Assembly (NCBI GenBank): GCA_002441095.1
Contig: DJVG01000043.1
Span: 2,254-66,253 of the forward strand
Source of the DNA: Elusimicrobia bacterium UBA6262
GTDB lineage: Bacteria; CAYTYR01; UBA6262
Direction: 5' to 3'
DNA length: 64,000 nucleotides
A program made the position numbers and the translations under genes. Shown in pieces: positions 55,002 to 64,000 of this stretch. The notes beneath the pieces are model-generated. The model did not search any database, was not told the origin of the DNA, and saw only the letters and a list, made by a program, of their open reading frames with translations. Numbering within the stretch: position 1 is the first letter of the stretch; every line of letters starts with the position of its first letter.

Positions 55002-56447
55002 TTACATCTTTGGCAGGTTCGTCTTTCCCATCAGGTATTTATCTATATTATAAGCCGCGGTACGGCCTTCGGATATGGCCCAGACTATCAGGGACTGGCC
55101 CCGGTGCATGTCCCCGGCAGTAAAAATCTTCTGAACTGAGGTTTGGTGGTTCTCCCCGGCCTTGACATTGCCCCTCTGGTCCAGTTCTACTTTCAGCTTT
55201 TCCAACAATCCTTTTGGTTCCGGGTGCAGGAACCCAAGCGCTAACAGTACCAGGTCTGCCTGGATATTGAACTCACTGCCGGCTATGTCCTTAGGTGATA
55301 CGCAACCCTTGGCATCTTTACCTGACCAATCGATACGGACGCATTCCAAATGCTTGACCTGTCCTTTTTCCCCGCTGAATTTCCTGGTCTGGATGGCCCA
55401 CTCCCTTTCCCCGCCTTCCTCATGGCTGGAAGAAGTCTTCAACAGCGGCGGATATTTGGGCCAGGGGAATTGCCCGGTCCGGCATTCCGGCGCTGGCGGC
55501 AGCAATTCGATCTGCACTACACAGCTGGCTCCCTGGCGATGGGCAGTGCCCACACAGTCTGCACCAGTATCACCGCCGCCGATCACTACCACTTTTTTGC
55601 CTTTAGTATCGATCAATTGGCTGGCTGGTATTTTTTCCCCGCTCACTTTTTTATTGGATTGGATCAGGTAATCCATGGCAAAATAAATTCCTGCCAATTC
55701 CCGGCCCGCGATTTTAAAGTCACGCGGCTGACGTGAGCCACCCGCGAGGCAGACAGCGTCAAATTCCTTCAACAGTTTAGCCACAGGATAATCAATTCCC
55801 GCATTTACATTGGTGCGGAATTCGATCCCTTCTTTTTCATAGATCTCCAGCCGGCGGTCCAGGATACTCTTTTCCAGCTTGAAGTCAGGAATACCGTAAC
55901 GCAAAATACCGCCTGGTTTGGCGTCTTTTTCAAAAACCGTCACCTTATGCCCGGCTTTGTTCAACTGGTCAGCCGCAGCCAGCCCGGCTGGTCCGGACCC
56001 GATCACTGCTACTTTCTTGCCGGTACGTTTCAGCGGCGGTTCAGGTTTGATCAGTCCCATTTTGAAAGCATATTCAATAATAGCCAGCTCATTCTCGCGG
56101 ATCGTGACCGGGTCATCATTAATACCCAGCACGCAGGCAAACTCACACAGAGCCGGGCACAAACGACCGGTAATTTCCGGCAGGTTGTTGCAGGCGTGCA
56201 GGAGTTCAATGGCCCGTTCCCAATGGGAGCGGTAAACCAGGTCGTTCCAGTCAGGAATATAATTACCGATCGGACAACCCCAATGGCAGAACGGCGTCCC
56301 GCAATCCATGCACCGCGAAGCCTGCTCCTGCGTTACTTCTTCTTTCCGCGGTACAACCACGTCACGGTAGTCTTTGGTCCGTACGCACACCGGCCGGTAT
56401 TTTGTTTTTAGCCGTTTTACTTTTAAGAAACCCTTTGGATCACCCAT
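55002..56447 (-). CDS. gltD: glutamate synthase (NADPH) small subunit
   Basis: VAVIGSGPAGLAAADQL dinucleotide-binding motif, N-terminal Cys cluster, 481 aa. Confidence 0.85.
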   Translation of the reverse strand: MGDPKGFLKVKRLKTKYRPVCVRTKDYRDVVVPRKEEVTQEQASRCMDCGTPFCHWGCPIGNYIPDWNDLVYRSHWERAIELLHACNNLPEITGRLCPALCEFACVLGINDDPVTIRENELAIIEYAFKMGLIKPEPPLKRTGKKVAVIGSGPAGLAAADQLNKAGHKVTVFEKDAKPGGILRYGIPDFKLEKSILDRRLEIYEKEGIEFRTNVNAGIDYPVAKLLKEFDAVCLAGGSRQPRDFKIAGRELAGIYFAMDYLIQSNKKVSGEKIPASQLIDTKGKKVVVIGGGDTGADCVGTAHRQGASCVVQIELLPPAPECRTGQFPWPKYPPLLKTSSSHEEGGEREWAIQTRKFSGEKGQVKHLECVRIDWSGKDAKGCVSPKDIAGSEFNIQADLVLLALGFLHPEPKGLLEKLKVELDQRGNVKAGENHQTSVQKIFTAGDMHRGQSLIVWAISEGRTAAYNIDKYLMGKTNLPKM

Positions 56448-56501
56448 TCTTATACCTCGTTTTTCGGTTTACGGTTACGATGCCCGTTTACAAACTTCGG
56501 T
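56448..56501. repeat. tandem ~27-bp CGGTTTACGG-TTACGATGCCCGTTTA units flanking the four-helix-bundle gene
   Basis: cggtttacggttacgatgcccgtttacaaacttcggtttacgggtgcggtttcgatgcccgtttaa. Confidence 0.6.
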
Positions 56502-56912
56502 TTACGGGTGCGGTTTCGATGCCCGTTTAAAACTGTTCCAAACATTTCCGAGTTTATATAACTGTCGCGCTGATTTATCATATGAATCTATCAATTTATT
56601 ACATAATAAAACATCTGTTTGTTCTGGATAAATATCCTTAGTCTGATTCAAGCTGACAATTATTTCATTACACTCAGCCATTGCGTCATCAATATACTTT
56701 TGGAAGCCAGCTTTTTGATGTCGTTTCGCGTACCCCTCAGCTATTAATCTTGGCACTGACTTACATGCTCTACTTAGCTGATCTTTCAAATCATATCTTT
56801 CAACATCTGGTAATTTTGGTAAGACCTCTTTCATTACTACAAGCATCGCTTTATAAGTATTGTTATATACTTCCAAATCCGTAAAACTAACAATCTTCTT
56901 TTTATTTTCCAA
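56502..56912 (-). CDS. four-helix-bundle protein (family frequently encoded in 23S rRNA intervening sequences)
   Basis: 136 aa; LEVYNNTYKAML...RACKSVPRLIAEGYAKR...ECNEIIVSL pattern of the four-helix-bundle (TIGR02436-like) family. Confidence 0.65.
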   Translation of the reverse strand: MENKKKIVSFTDLEVYNNTYKAMLVVMKEVLPKLPDVERYDLKDQLSRACKSVPRLIAEGYAKRHQKAGFQKYIDDAMAECNEIIVSLNQTKDIYPEQTDVLLCNKLIDSYDKSARQLYKLGNVWNSFKRASKPHP

Positions 56913-57038
56913 TTCTTTTCCTTTCGCTCTCCGAAACCGTATATCGATTCCTAGCTTCTATTCGGGCCTCGTATCCGTTTACCGTATACCAAGCTTCTAT
57001 TCGGGCTTCGTTACCGTACACCGTATACCGAGCTTTTA
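56913..57038. repeat. tandem ~44-bp AGCTTCTATTCGGGCYTCGT-TCCGTTTACCGTATACC units flanking the four-helix-bundle gene
   Basis: agcttctattcgggcctcgtatccgtttaccgtataccaagcttctattcgggcttcgttaccgtacaccgtataccgagctt. Confidence 0.6.
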
Positions 57039-60000
57039 TTATCCGTCATAAGACTGTTCTAAGTCCAGCTTATCTGCTTTTTTCTTGGATTCCAGTATCT
57101 TCTTGTATTCCAGCGGCATGACCTTGATGAATTTCCCGCGCTGGCCCTCAAAATCAGCCAGTACTTTTTGCGCGTATTCACTGCCAGTGTATTTTTTGTG
57201 GTTTTCCAGCAGGTTTTTTATTATGCCCGCATCATCTTCATTAACAATATCCAATTCCACCATATCCTGGTTGCACCTGGCTGGGAAATTACCGTCTTCA
57301 TCAAGTATATAGGCTACGCCGCCGCTCATGCCAGCCGCGAAATTGCGCCCGGTACTGCCCAGGACCACGATCCTGCCACCGGTCATGTATTCACAACCAT
57401 GGTCGCCTACACCTTCCACTACCGCGTTTAATCCGGAATTCCTGATACAGAATCTTTCCCCAGCCCGGCCGCAAATATAAGCTTCCCCGGTGATGGCTCC
57501 GTAAAAAGTAGTATTTCCGATTATAATATTCTCTTCCGGCCGGTAATCTGATTTCCGGTCAGGATAAATTATTATCTTCCCGCCGGAGATGCCTTTACCG
57601 ACATAGTCATTAGCCAGTCCTTCCAGCTCGAAAGTCACGCCTCTGGCCAGCCACGCACCGAAACTCTGCCCAGCCATGCCCTTGAATTTAAAATTAATAG
57701 AATCTTCCGGCAAGCCAGCTTCGCCATATTTTTTACAAACTTCGCCGCTCAACATGGCGCCGGTCGTGCGATTGGTATTTTTGATTGTGAGCTCTACTTT
57801 GATCGGTTCCTTTTTTTCCAGCGCTGGTTTGGCCAGGACGATCAATTGCCGGTCCAGCACCTTATCTATATTATGGTTTTGTTTAATGATCTGGTGTGTT
57901 TCAATATTTATATTGGCCTTCGGCTGGTATAACATCCGGGAATAATCCAGACCTTTGGTTTTCCAGTCTAGCATATCCTTGTTCAGCTCCAGCAGGTCTG
58001 TCCGGCCGACCATATCTTCCAAGGTAGGAGTGCCTAATCCTGCCATGATCTCCCGCAGTTCTTCGGCTACTAAACGGAAATAATTCACCAGGTATTCTGG
58101 TTTACCGCGGAACCGTTTGCGCAACTCTTCATCCTGGGTGCAAACCCCGACCGAGCAATTATTCAAATGGCAATGCCTCAGCATCACGCAGCCTAATACA
58201 ACCAGGGCAGCAGTGCCGAACCCGAATTCTTCGGCTCCGAGCATTGCGGCTATGGCCAGGTCCCGTCCGGTGCGCATTTGTCCGTCAGCCTGCAGGCGGA
58301 CCCGGCTCCTCAGGTCATTGAGCACCAGGGTCTGGTGCGTTTCTGATAATCCCAGCTCCCAGGGCAGGCCGGCATGCTTGACCGAGCTCAACGGTGACGC
58401 TCCGGTGCCGCCATCCCCGCCGGAGATCAGGATCATGTCAGCATGGCCCTTGGCCACGCCCGCGGCTACGGTCCCTACGCCGATCTCTGATACCAGCTTG
58501 ACGCTGACGCGCGCTGTAGGATTAGTATTTTTCAGGTCGAAGATCAACTGGGCCAGGTCTTCGATAGAATAAATGTCATGATGCGGCGGCGGTGAGATCA
58601 GCGTTACGCCCGGAGTAGTGTAACGGGTTTTGGCGATCGTCACGCTTACCTTATGACCGGGTAACTGTCCGCCTTCACCTGGTTTCGCGCCTTGGGATAT
58701 CTTTATCTGCAATTCATCGGCATTGACCAGGTAATTGGTAGTTACACCGAAACGGCCGGATGCGACTTGTTTAATAGCGCTGCGCACCGAATCCCCGTTC
58801 GGTAATGGCGCGAACCTGGCTGGATCCTCTCCACCCTCTCCGGTATTGGACTTACCGCCTAAACGGTTCATGGCCATAGCCATGGTTTCATGAGTTTCCT
58901 TACTGATCGAGCCGAAGCTCATAGCTCCGGTCACAAAATGTTTGACCAGGTTTTCTATTGGTTCTACTTTATCCAAAGAAATCGGCTTGGCCTTTTTTAA
59001 TTTCAGCAAACTGCGCAAAGTGGTCGGATGTCCCGATTGGTCATTGATCAGACCGGCGAATTCTTTATACTTCCCGTAATCCCCGTTGCGCGTAGCATCC
59101 TGCAGAGCGGCAATGCTTTCAGGATTCCACAAATGGTATTCCCCGTCCCTTTTCCACTGGTATAACCCGCCGGTGATCAAATACGGGGTCTTGAATTCAT
59201 CGCGCAAAGGATAGGCCTGCTGATGGCGCAAAATGGTTTCCCGGGCCAGGATTTTCATATCCGCTCCGCCGATGCGGGAAACAGTGCCGGCAAAACATCT
59301 CTCGATCACGTCGTCAGCCAAACCAAGAGCTTCATAGATCTGGGCGCCGCGGTAGCTTTGCAAAGTGGAAATACCCATTTTCGAAAGCACTTTTTTAATG
59401 CCCTTGTTAATAGCTTTAATATAATTATCGACTGCCTTGTCCAGTCGGAGATGCACTTCCCCTTCCAGGATCAGGTGCTCGATAGCTTCATACGCCAGGT
59501 AAGGATTAACAACTCCCGCGCCAAAAGCCAGCAAGAGAGTGAAGTGATTCACTTCCCTGGGTTCCGCGCTTTCTACAATTATGGCGATCTGCGCGCGCAA
59601 TCCTTTTTTTACCAGGTATTGGTGGACTGCCCCGGTAGCCAGCAGGGCTGGCAACGCGGCTTGTTTCCGGCTGGTGCCCCGGTCGCTCAAAATAATAAAA
59701 GTAAACCCTTCGCTGATCGCTTCCCGCGCATCGGCGCAGATACGGTCGAGAGCTTTCAGGAATTCTTTTTCATCTTCTGCTTCGTTCCCATTGACCGGGA
59801 ACAGGATCGAGATCCGCTTGGCGCGGAATCCGGGCTCTTTAATAGAATGTATCCGGGTCAGCTCATCGTTAGTAATGACTGGCAGCGGTACCCTGAGCTT
59901 GCGGCAATTTTGCGGTACTTCTTCCATTAAATTCTTTCGCGGGCCCATAAAGCTTTCCAGGCTCATGACCAGTTCTTCCCGGATCGGGTCGATCGGCGGA

Positions 60001-61592
60001 TTGGTCACCTGGGCGAACAGCATACGGAAATAAGTATAAGGTAATTGCGGTTTTTTGCTTAATACCGCGTGCGGCGTGTCATTGCCCATGGAACCGACTG
60101 GTTCCTGGCCATTCTCCACCATCGGCTTGATAATAGTTTTCAGGTCTTCCCGGCTATAGCCGAACGCCTTCATATCAGTCAGTATATCTGTTGATCTTAA
60201 ATAAGCACTCTTGTCCAAAGGCATCATCACTGCTTCCGGCAAGCTGTCCAGTTCCAGCATATTATCTTTGATCCATTCGCCGTACGGGTTGCGGCTGGAC
60301 ATCTGCTCTTTCAATTCCCGGTCGTCGATGATCCTCCCCGCTTCGGTATCGATAAAGAACATCTTCCCTGGTTCAAGTCTTCCTGAATACAAAATATCCT
60401 GCGGCGGGATATCCAATACTCCCACTTCAGAGGCCATGACCACCAGGTCTTTCTTGGTCACCAGATACCGCGCCGGCCGCAAGCCATTGCGGTCCAGCAC
60501 CGCGCCGATCTGCCTGCCGTCGGTGAAAGCAATAGCTGCCGGTCCGTCCCAGGGCTCCATCAGGCAGGTATGGTACATGTAGAAATCTTTTAACTGCTGG
60601 TCCATCAGGTCATTGTGTTCCCAGACCGACGGGATCAGCATGGTCATAGAATGGGCTAAAGACCGGCCCGCCAAAACCATTAATTCGAAAACATTATCAA
60701 TAGACGCGGAATCACTGCCATCAGGTACGATAGTAGGCATGATCTTTTTCAGGTCCTCACCGAATAATTTGCTTTTCAGCAACCCTTCCTTGGCCCGCAT
60801 CCAGTTGATATTGCCCCGCAGGGTATTGATCTCGCCATTATGCGCCAGGAAACGGAACGGCTGCGCCAGGTCCCAGGCCGGGAAAGTATTTGTACTGTAG
60901 CGTGAATGCACCAGGCTGATCGCGCTGTGCAAAGCCGGATCTTTCAGGTCAACAAAATATTCTGCGACCTGTTCCGGCATCAGGAGACCTTTATAGGAAA
61001 AAGTCCGGTTGGACAAATTAGTAATATAGAAAAAAGATTTCTGTTGCAGGGGAGACTCACGGATAGCATTTTCAACCAGTTTGCGGATAATATAGAGTTT
61101 TCTTTCGAGATAAAGACTGTCTTGTCCGGCTTTAGCGCTGGCAGTGCCGACAAATACTTGTTCGATCATTGGCTCAGTTTCTCGGGCAGTCTTGCCAATG
61201 ACCGAGTTATCTACCGGTACCGGACGCCAGCCCAGTATTTCGCATTTTTCATTTTTGACGATCGCGGCGAATTTCTTTTTGCAGTATTCCCTCTCTTTAG
61301 CATCTGTTGGCAAAAACACCAGGCCAGTGCCATACTTCCCGGCAGCAGGCAAATTGAAGCCGGCTGTGCGGCAAACCTGGCTGAAAAACTCATGCGGTAT
61401 CTGGATCAATATGCCGGCTCCGTCACCGGTCTTGGGGTCAGATCCCGTAGCACCGCGGTGAGCCAGCCGGTTAAGAACTTCTAATCCTTGCCTGACTATT
61501 TCATTGGAGCGCTGGCCCTTGATATTACAGACAAAGCCAACTCCGCAGGAATCATGTTCATATCGCGGATCGTACAACCCTTGAGGTTTCAT
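57039..61592 (-). CDS. gltB: glutamate synthase large subunit
   Basis: 1517 aa; N-terminal ...EHDSCGVGFV amidotransferase Cys, FMN and 3Fe-4S regions. Confidence 0.9.
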   Translation of the reverse strand: MKPQGLYDPRYEHDSCGVGFVCNIKGQRSNEIVRQGLEVLNRLAHRGATGSDPKTGDGAGILIQIPHEFFSQVCRTAGFNLPAAGKYGTGLVFLPTDAKEREYCKKKFAAIVKNEKCEILGWRPVPVDNSVIGKTARETEPMIEQVFVGTASAKAGQDSLYLERKLYIIRKLVENAIRESPLQQKSFFYITNLSNRTFSYKGLLMPEQVAEYFVDLKDPALHSAISLVHSRYSTNTFPAWDLAQPFRFLAHNGEINTLRGNINWMRAKEGLLKSKLFGEDLKKIMPTIVPDGSDSASIDNVFELMVLAGRSLAHSMTMLIPSVWEHNDLMDQQLKDFYMYHTCLMEPWDGPAAIAFTDGRQIGAVLDRNGLRPARYLVTKKDLVVMASEVGVLDIPPQDILYSGRLEPGKMFFIDTEAGRIIDDRELKEQMSSRNPYGEWIKDNMLELDSLPEAVMMPLDKSAYLRSTDILTDMKAFGYSREDLKTIIKPMVENGQEPVGSMGNDTPHAVLSKKPQLPYTYFRMLFAQVTNPPIDPIREELVMSLESFMGPRKNLMEEVPQNCRKLRVPLPVITNDELTRIHSIKEPGFRAKRISILFPVNGNEAEDEKEFLKALDRICADAREAISEGFTFIILSDRGTSRKQAALPALLATGAVHQYLVKKGLRAQIAIIVESAEPREVNHFTLLLAFGAGVVNPYLAYEAIEHLILEGEVHLRLDKAVDNYIKAINKGIKKVLSKMGISTLQSYRGAQIYEALGLADDVIERCFAGTVSRIGGADMKILARETILRHQQAYPLRDEFKTPYLITGGLYQWKRDGEYHLWNPESIAALQDATRNGDYGKYKEFAGLINDQSGHPTTLRSLLKLKKAKPISLDKVEPIENLVKHFVTGAMSFGSISKETHETMAMAMNRLGGKSNTGEGGEDPARFAPLPNGDSVRSAIKQVASGRFGVTTNYLVNADELQIKISQGAKPGEGGQLPGHKVSVTIAKTRYTTPGVTLISPPPHHDIYSIEDLAQLIFDLKNTNPTARVSVKLVSEIGVGTVAAGVAKGHADMILISGGDGGTGASPLSSVKHAGLPWELGLSETHQTLVLNDLRSRVRLQADGQMRTGRDLAIAAMLGAEEFGFGTAALVVLGCVMLRHCHLNNCSVGVCTQDEELRKRFRGKPEYLVNYFRLVAEELREIMAGLGTPTLEDMVGRTDLLELNKDMLDWKTKGLDYSRMLYQPKANINIETHQIIKQNHNIDKVLDRQLIVLAKPALEKKEPIKVELTIKNTNRTTGAMLSGEVCKKYGEAGLPEDSINFKFKGMAGQSFGAWLARGVTFELEGLANDYVGKGISGGKIIIYPDRKSDYRPEENIIIGNTTFYGAITGEAYICGRAGERFCIRNSGLNAVVEGVGDHGCEYMTGGRIVVLGSTGRNFAAGMSGGVAYILDEDGNFPARCNQDMVELDIVNEDDAGIIKNLLENHKKYTGSEYAQKVLADFEGQRGKFIKVMPLEYKKILESKKKADKLDLEQSYDG

Positions 61593-61752
61593 TTACGTTA
61601 CCTCTTTTATCCAAGAACCGAGATTTGATTATGGAATTCGATAAAAATTCTCTTCATATTTTTTTCTAAAAAGATGCTTACATACCCGTGCGAGTATGCG
61701 CGCTTCTTTTTAGAAAAAAATATTTTGAGCTTTTTCATCTCGGTTCTCATAA
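61593..61752. promoter_or_regulatory. gltB upstream region with nested inverted repeats (GAACCGAGAT...ATCTCGGTTC outer; TTTCTAAAAAG...CTTTTTAGAAA inner)
   Basis: ccaagaaccgagatttg...tttttctaaaaagatgcttacatacccgtgcgagtatgcgcgcttctttttagaaaaaaata...ttcatctcggttctcat. Confidence 0.4.
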
Positions 61753-62073
61753 CTAATCTCGGCTCTCGGATTTCCATCTCGTGATGTCAATGCCCAGTTT
61801 CTTGATCTTGGTACGGAGAGTATTCCTATTTATACCTAATATCCTGGCAGTTTTCAACTGGTTTCCTGCGGTTTGTTCCAAAACAAAATCAATCAGCTGT
61901 TTTTCAACCTTGGCCATGACCGTCTTGTAGAGGATCCCGCTTTTTTCTTCTACCACACCATATCCTTCGGCCTTGAGCATCTGGCTGACTATTTTCTGGA
62001 TCTTTTTTTCGTTTTCCGCGATCAAGACAGTGATCATAGAACAATCCTTTTCCAGGCACAGCCTTTTGTGCAT
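61753..62073 (-). CDS. small Fis-type HTH (HTH_8) DNA-binding protein
   Basis: 106 aa; QLIDFVLEQTAGNQLKTARILGINRNTLRTKIKKLGI = NtrC/Fis C-terminal HTH. Confidence 0.6.
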   Translation of the reverse strand: MHKRLCLEKDCSMITVLIAENEKKIQKIVSQMLKAEGYGVVEEKSGILYKTVMAKVEKQLIDFVLEQTAGNQLKTARILGINRNTLRTKIKKLGIDITRWKSESRD

Positions 62074-62111
62074 TTTTTGCCTATACTTTAATCACTTCCG
62101 GCTAAAAAAAA

Positions 62112-62804
62112 TTAGGCCTTCAGTAAAATTGAAAAATTATCACATAGCTTTTTTATTTGCGTTGCCAAGAGGTCCTTCCGTTGATACGCGCCCATCAGCA
62201 GTTCTACTGAGTTAGGAAGGCTTTCATCTGCCTTAACCCAGGACCAGATCATATCTGTAGTAATTTCTATATGAAATTGCAGGCCATAGGCATTCTGCCC
62301 ATAGCGGAAAGCCTGGTTCTTACATGTCTCTGCCGTCGCCAGCAATACACCGCCTTCGGGAATTACAAAAGTGTCTTCATGCCACTGGAAAACTTCCAAA
62401 GGCCCGTCTATCTCCTGCAGTAATGGATCATGCGCAGCTTCCAGGGTCAGGGCTACATTAAACCAGCCAATCTCCTTTTGCGGCGCTTTGATCACTGCCG
62501 CGCCGCAGGCTTTGGCCAACAACTGTGAACCCAGGCAAATACCGAGATAAGGGATCTCTTTTCCTACGACTGTTTTTATGAACGCATTTTCCTCTTTTAG
62601 AAAAGGATATTTATCCTCTTCATAGACATTCATCGGGCCGCCCATTACCACTACTGCCGCCACTTCATCCAGGTCTGCCGGCAACGAATCGCCACGGAAT
62701 AATTCCACAGTACGAAGTTCCCAGGCAGTATTGCGGAAAAAATCCCCAATACTGCCCGGTCCTTCATTTTCAACATGTTTTATGATCAATATCTTCTTTT
62801 TCAT
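62112..62804 (-). CDS. class I glutamine amidotransferase-like protein (GATase1)
   Basis: LGICLGSQLL (Cys nucleophile elbow), FQWHEDTF (His region), 230 aa. Confidence 0.75.
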   Translation of the reverse strand: MKKKILIIKHVENEGPGSIGDFFRNTAWELRTVELFRGDSLPADLDEVAAVVVMGGPMNVYEEDKYPFLKEENAFIKTVVGKEIPYLGICLGSQLLAKACGAAVIKAPQKEIGWFNVALTLEAAHDPLLQEIDGPLEVFQWHEDTFVIPEGGVLLATAETCKNQAFRYGQNAYGLQFHIEITTDMIWSWVKADESLPNSVELLMGAYQRKDLLATQIKKLCDNFSILLKA

Positions 62805-62814
62805 AGATCCTTAT

Positions 62815-64000
62815 TTACATCACGAAGAGCATTTCGCGGTATTTCGGCAAGTCCCAATGCTCGTCTGAGATCACGGTCTCCAGGTCATCGCAATGCCGGC
62901 GGATATGTTCCATCAGGGGTTTCAGCTCGTTGAAATACGTTTCCGCTTTTTCCGGCCCTTCTTCTCCAGCCGCTTTTTCCAGCAGTTTGGCCATGGCCAA
63001 GGTATGCTTCCGGACATAGTAGATCTTGTAGGTGACTTCTGATAAATGCTCTTTCAAATCAGCATAGGCTGCTTCATCCACATTTAAGCCGGCGCTGGCC
63101 TTGAGCTGAGTCAATTCAGAAACGATTTTTGCCAGCTGGCTCTGGTAATCCAGTCCAGAGGGCACAACATTGGCATTGACCATTTCTTTCAGAGTATTGG
63201 CTTCGATGGTGAGCATTGTATTGTACATTTCGATCCAGATATGGTAACGGGATACCAGTTCATCTTTAGTCAGGACGCCCTGCTTTTCGAAAATAGCAAT
63301 ATTTTCTTTTTTACTAATGGCTTTCAAGGCCTTATAAGTAGCGGCGATATTGGGCAGGCCTCTCTTCTCTGCTTCTATGACCCATTCGGCTGCATAGTTA
63401 TTGCCCTCAAAACATATCTTTTTGGTTTCTTTTACCAAAGAAGTAACCACAGCCATGACCGCGCTCTCGAGATCTTTGGTTTTAGCCTGCTTCTCGATCT
63501 GCTCCGCCACATAGGTCAGTGAGTCGGCGATGATCGTGTTCAGGATCATGATCGGAGTGGAAATATTCTGTGAAGACCCCAAAGCCCGGAACTCGAACTT
63601 AGCCCCGGTAAAGGCAAAGGGCGATGTGCGGTTGCGGTCAGTGGCATCTTTGTTAATCGTCGGCAGTTTGCCTACTCCCAGATTGATGATATCCTGTTTG
63701 CTGACTTTTTGTTTGGCGCCTTTTTCGATAGTGTCTAGGATCGCGGTCAATTGTTCTCCTAAAAACACGGAGACAATGGCCGGCGGGGCTTCATTGGCTC
63801 CCAAGCGATGCTCATTGCCGGCGAAAGCAATACTGGCTCTCAGCAGATCAGAGTGATTGTACACAGCGCGCAGGATCGCGGTCAGCACTGCCAGGAACTG
63901 CAGGTTCTCCTGCGGCGACTTACCCGGATTCAGCAGGTTATTGCCCTGGTCATCAGCCATGGACCAGTTTAAATGTTTCCCACTGCCATTAATGCCGGCA
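62815..64000 (-). CDS. second glutamine synthetase type III paralog, 5'-truncated by window end
   Basis: aligns residue-for-residue with aa ~340-730 of the 10220-12412 GlnN (MADDQGNNLLNPG...NEHRLGANEAPPAIVSVFLGEQL...HWDLPKYREMLFVM); frame stays open upstream to 64000 (…GINGSGKHLNWSMADD). Confidence 0.8.
   Translation of the reverse strand, partial: AGINGSGKHLNWSMADDQGNNLLNPGKSPQENLQFLAVLTAILRAVYNHSDLLRASIAFAGNEHRLGANEAPPAIVSVFLGEQLTAILDTIEKGAKQKVSKQDIINLGVGKLPTINKDATDRNRTSPFAFTGAKFEFRALGSSQNISTPIMILNTIIADSLTYVAEQIEKQAKTKDLESAVMAVVTSLVKETKKICFEGNNYAAEWVIEAEKRGLPNIAATYKALKAISKKENIAIFEKQGVLTKDELVSRYHIWIEMYNTMLTIEANTLKEMVNANVVPSGLDYQSQLAKIVSELTQLKASAGLNVDEAAYADLKEHLSEVTYKIYYVRKHTLAMAKLLEKAAGEEGPEKAETYFNELKPLMEHIRRHCDDLETVISDEHWDLPKYREMLFVM

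Noticed and set aside
59223-60033. 235-aa and 150-aa plus-strand ORFs inside gltB
   Set aside because: Antisense to glutamate synthase large subunit, which is unambiguous.
62815-63960. Treating the 381-aa ORF as a complete small protein
   Set aside because: The frame stays open upstream to the window edge. The sequence aligns to the C-terminal half of GSIII, so it is a window-truncated gene, not a short paralog or pseudogene.
1-64000. tRNA/rRNA genes
   Set aside because: No cloverleaf-like or rRNA-like conserved segments were recognised by eye in the intergenic regions. This cannot be excluded without tRNAscan.

Overview
The window comes from a bacterial genome, probably uncultivated, with about 47% GC and almost every gene on the minus strand. 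It holds five blocks.

1. A two-component / PAS signalling cluster (1.4–10.1 kb). It has two CheY-like receivers, a 1059-aa sensor histidine kinase, a small membrane-anchored PAS protein and a 1300-aa all-PAS protein. The all-PAS protein carries a near-identical internal PAS-domain duplication.

2. Nitrogen assimilation genes at both ends. One is glutamine synthetase type III (GlnN, 10.2–12.4 kb). The other group is gltB, gltD, a Fis-type HTH protein, a class-I glutamine amidotransferase and a second, truncated GSIII paralog (55–64 kb).

3. A P-type ATPase, a ZnuABC-like metal uptake operon, glpK and small accessory genes (12.6–22.7 kb).

4. A surface-polysaccharide locus of about 25 kb (22.8–47.4 kb). 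It runs from a WecA-like initiating transferase to Wzx, Wzy-like, Wzc-like and Wza-like export genes. In between are five SAM methyltransferases, a B12-binding radical SAM, a radical SAM/SPASM enzyme, a DegT aminotransferase and a TagF-like glycerophosphotransferase.

5. A compact candidate RiPP (modified-peptide) cluster (47.5–53.8 kb), which I consider the most interesting feature. It contains:
- a PqqD-like peptide-recognition protein;
- a radical SAM/SPASM maturase;
- a 52-aa Cys-containing precursor ORF with a strong RBS;
- an HPr-kinase-like P-loop kinase;
- a tri-domain S24/S26-peptidase–nucleotidyltransferase–GNAT protein;
- a convergent ABC-2 exporter pair;
- an HD-GYP phosphodiesterase next door.

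Several dispersed intergenic repeat families recur across the window: ATCAGG/CCTGAT arrays, a GATTACACAG family, and CAGTCAGAACGAAAAGCAGT repeats flanking glpK. A small four-helix-bundle gene, flanked by tandem repeats, is inserted between gltB and gltD.

All calls rest on reading the translated ORFs and the DNA by eye. No database searches were run.
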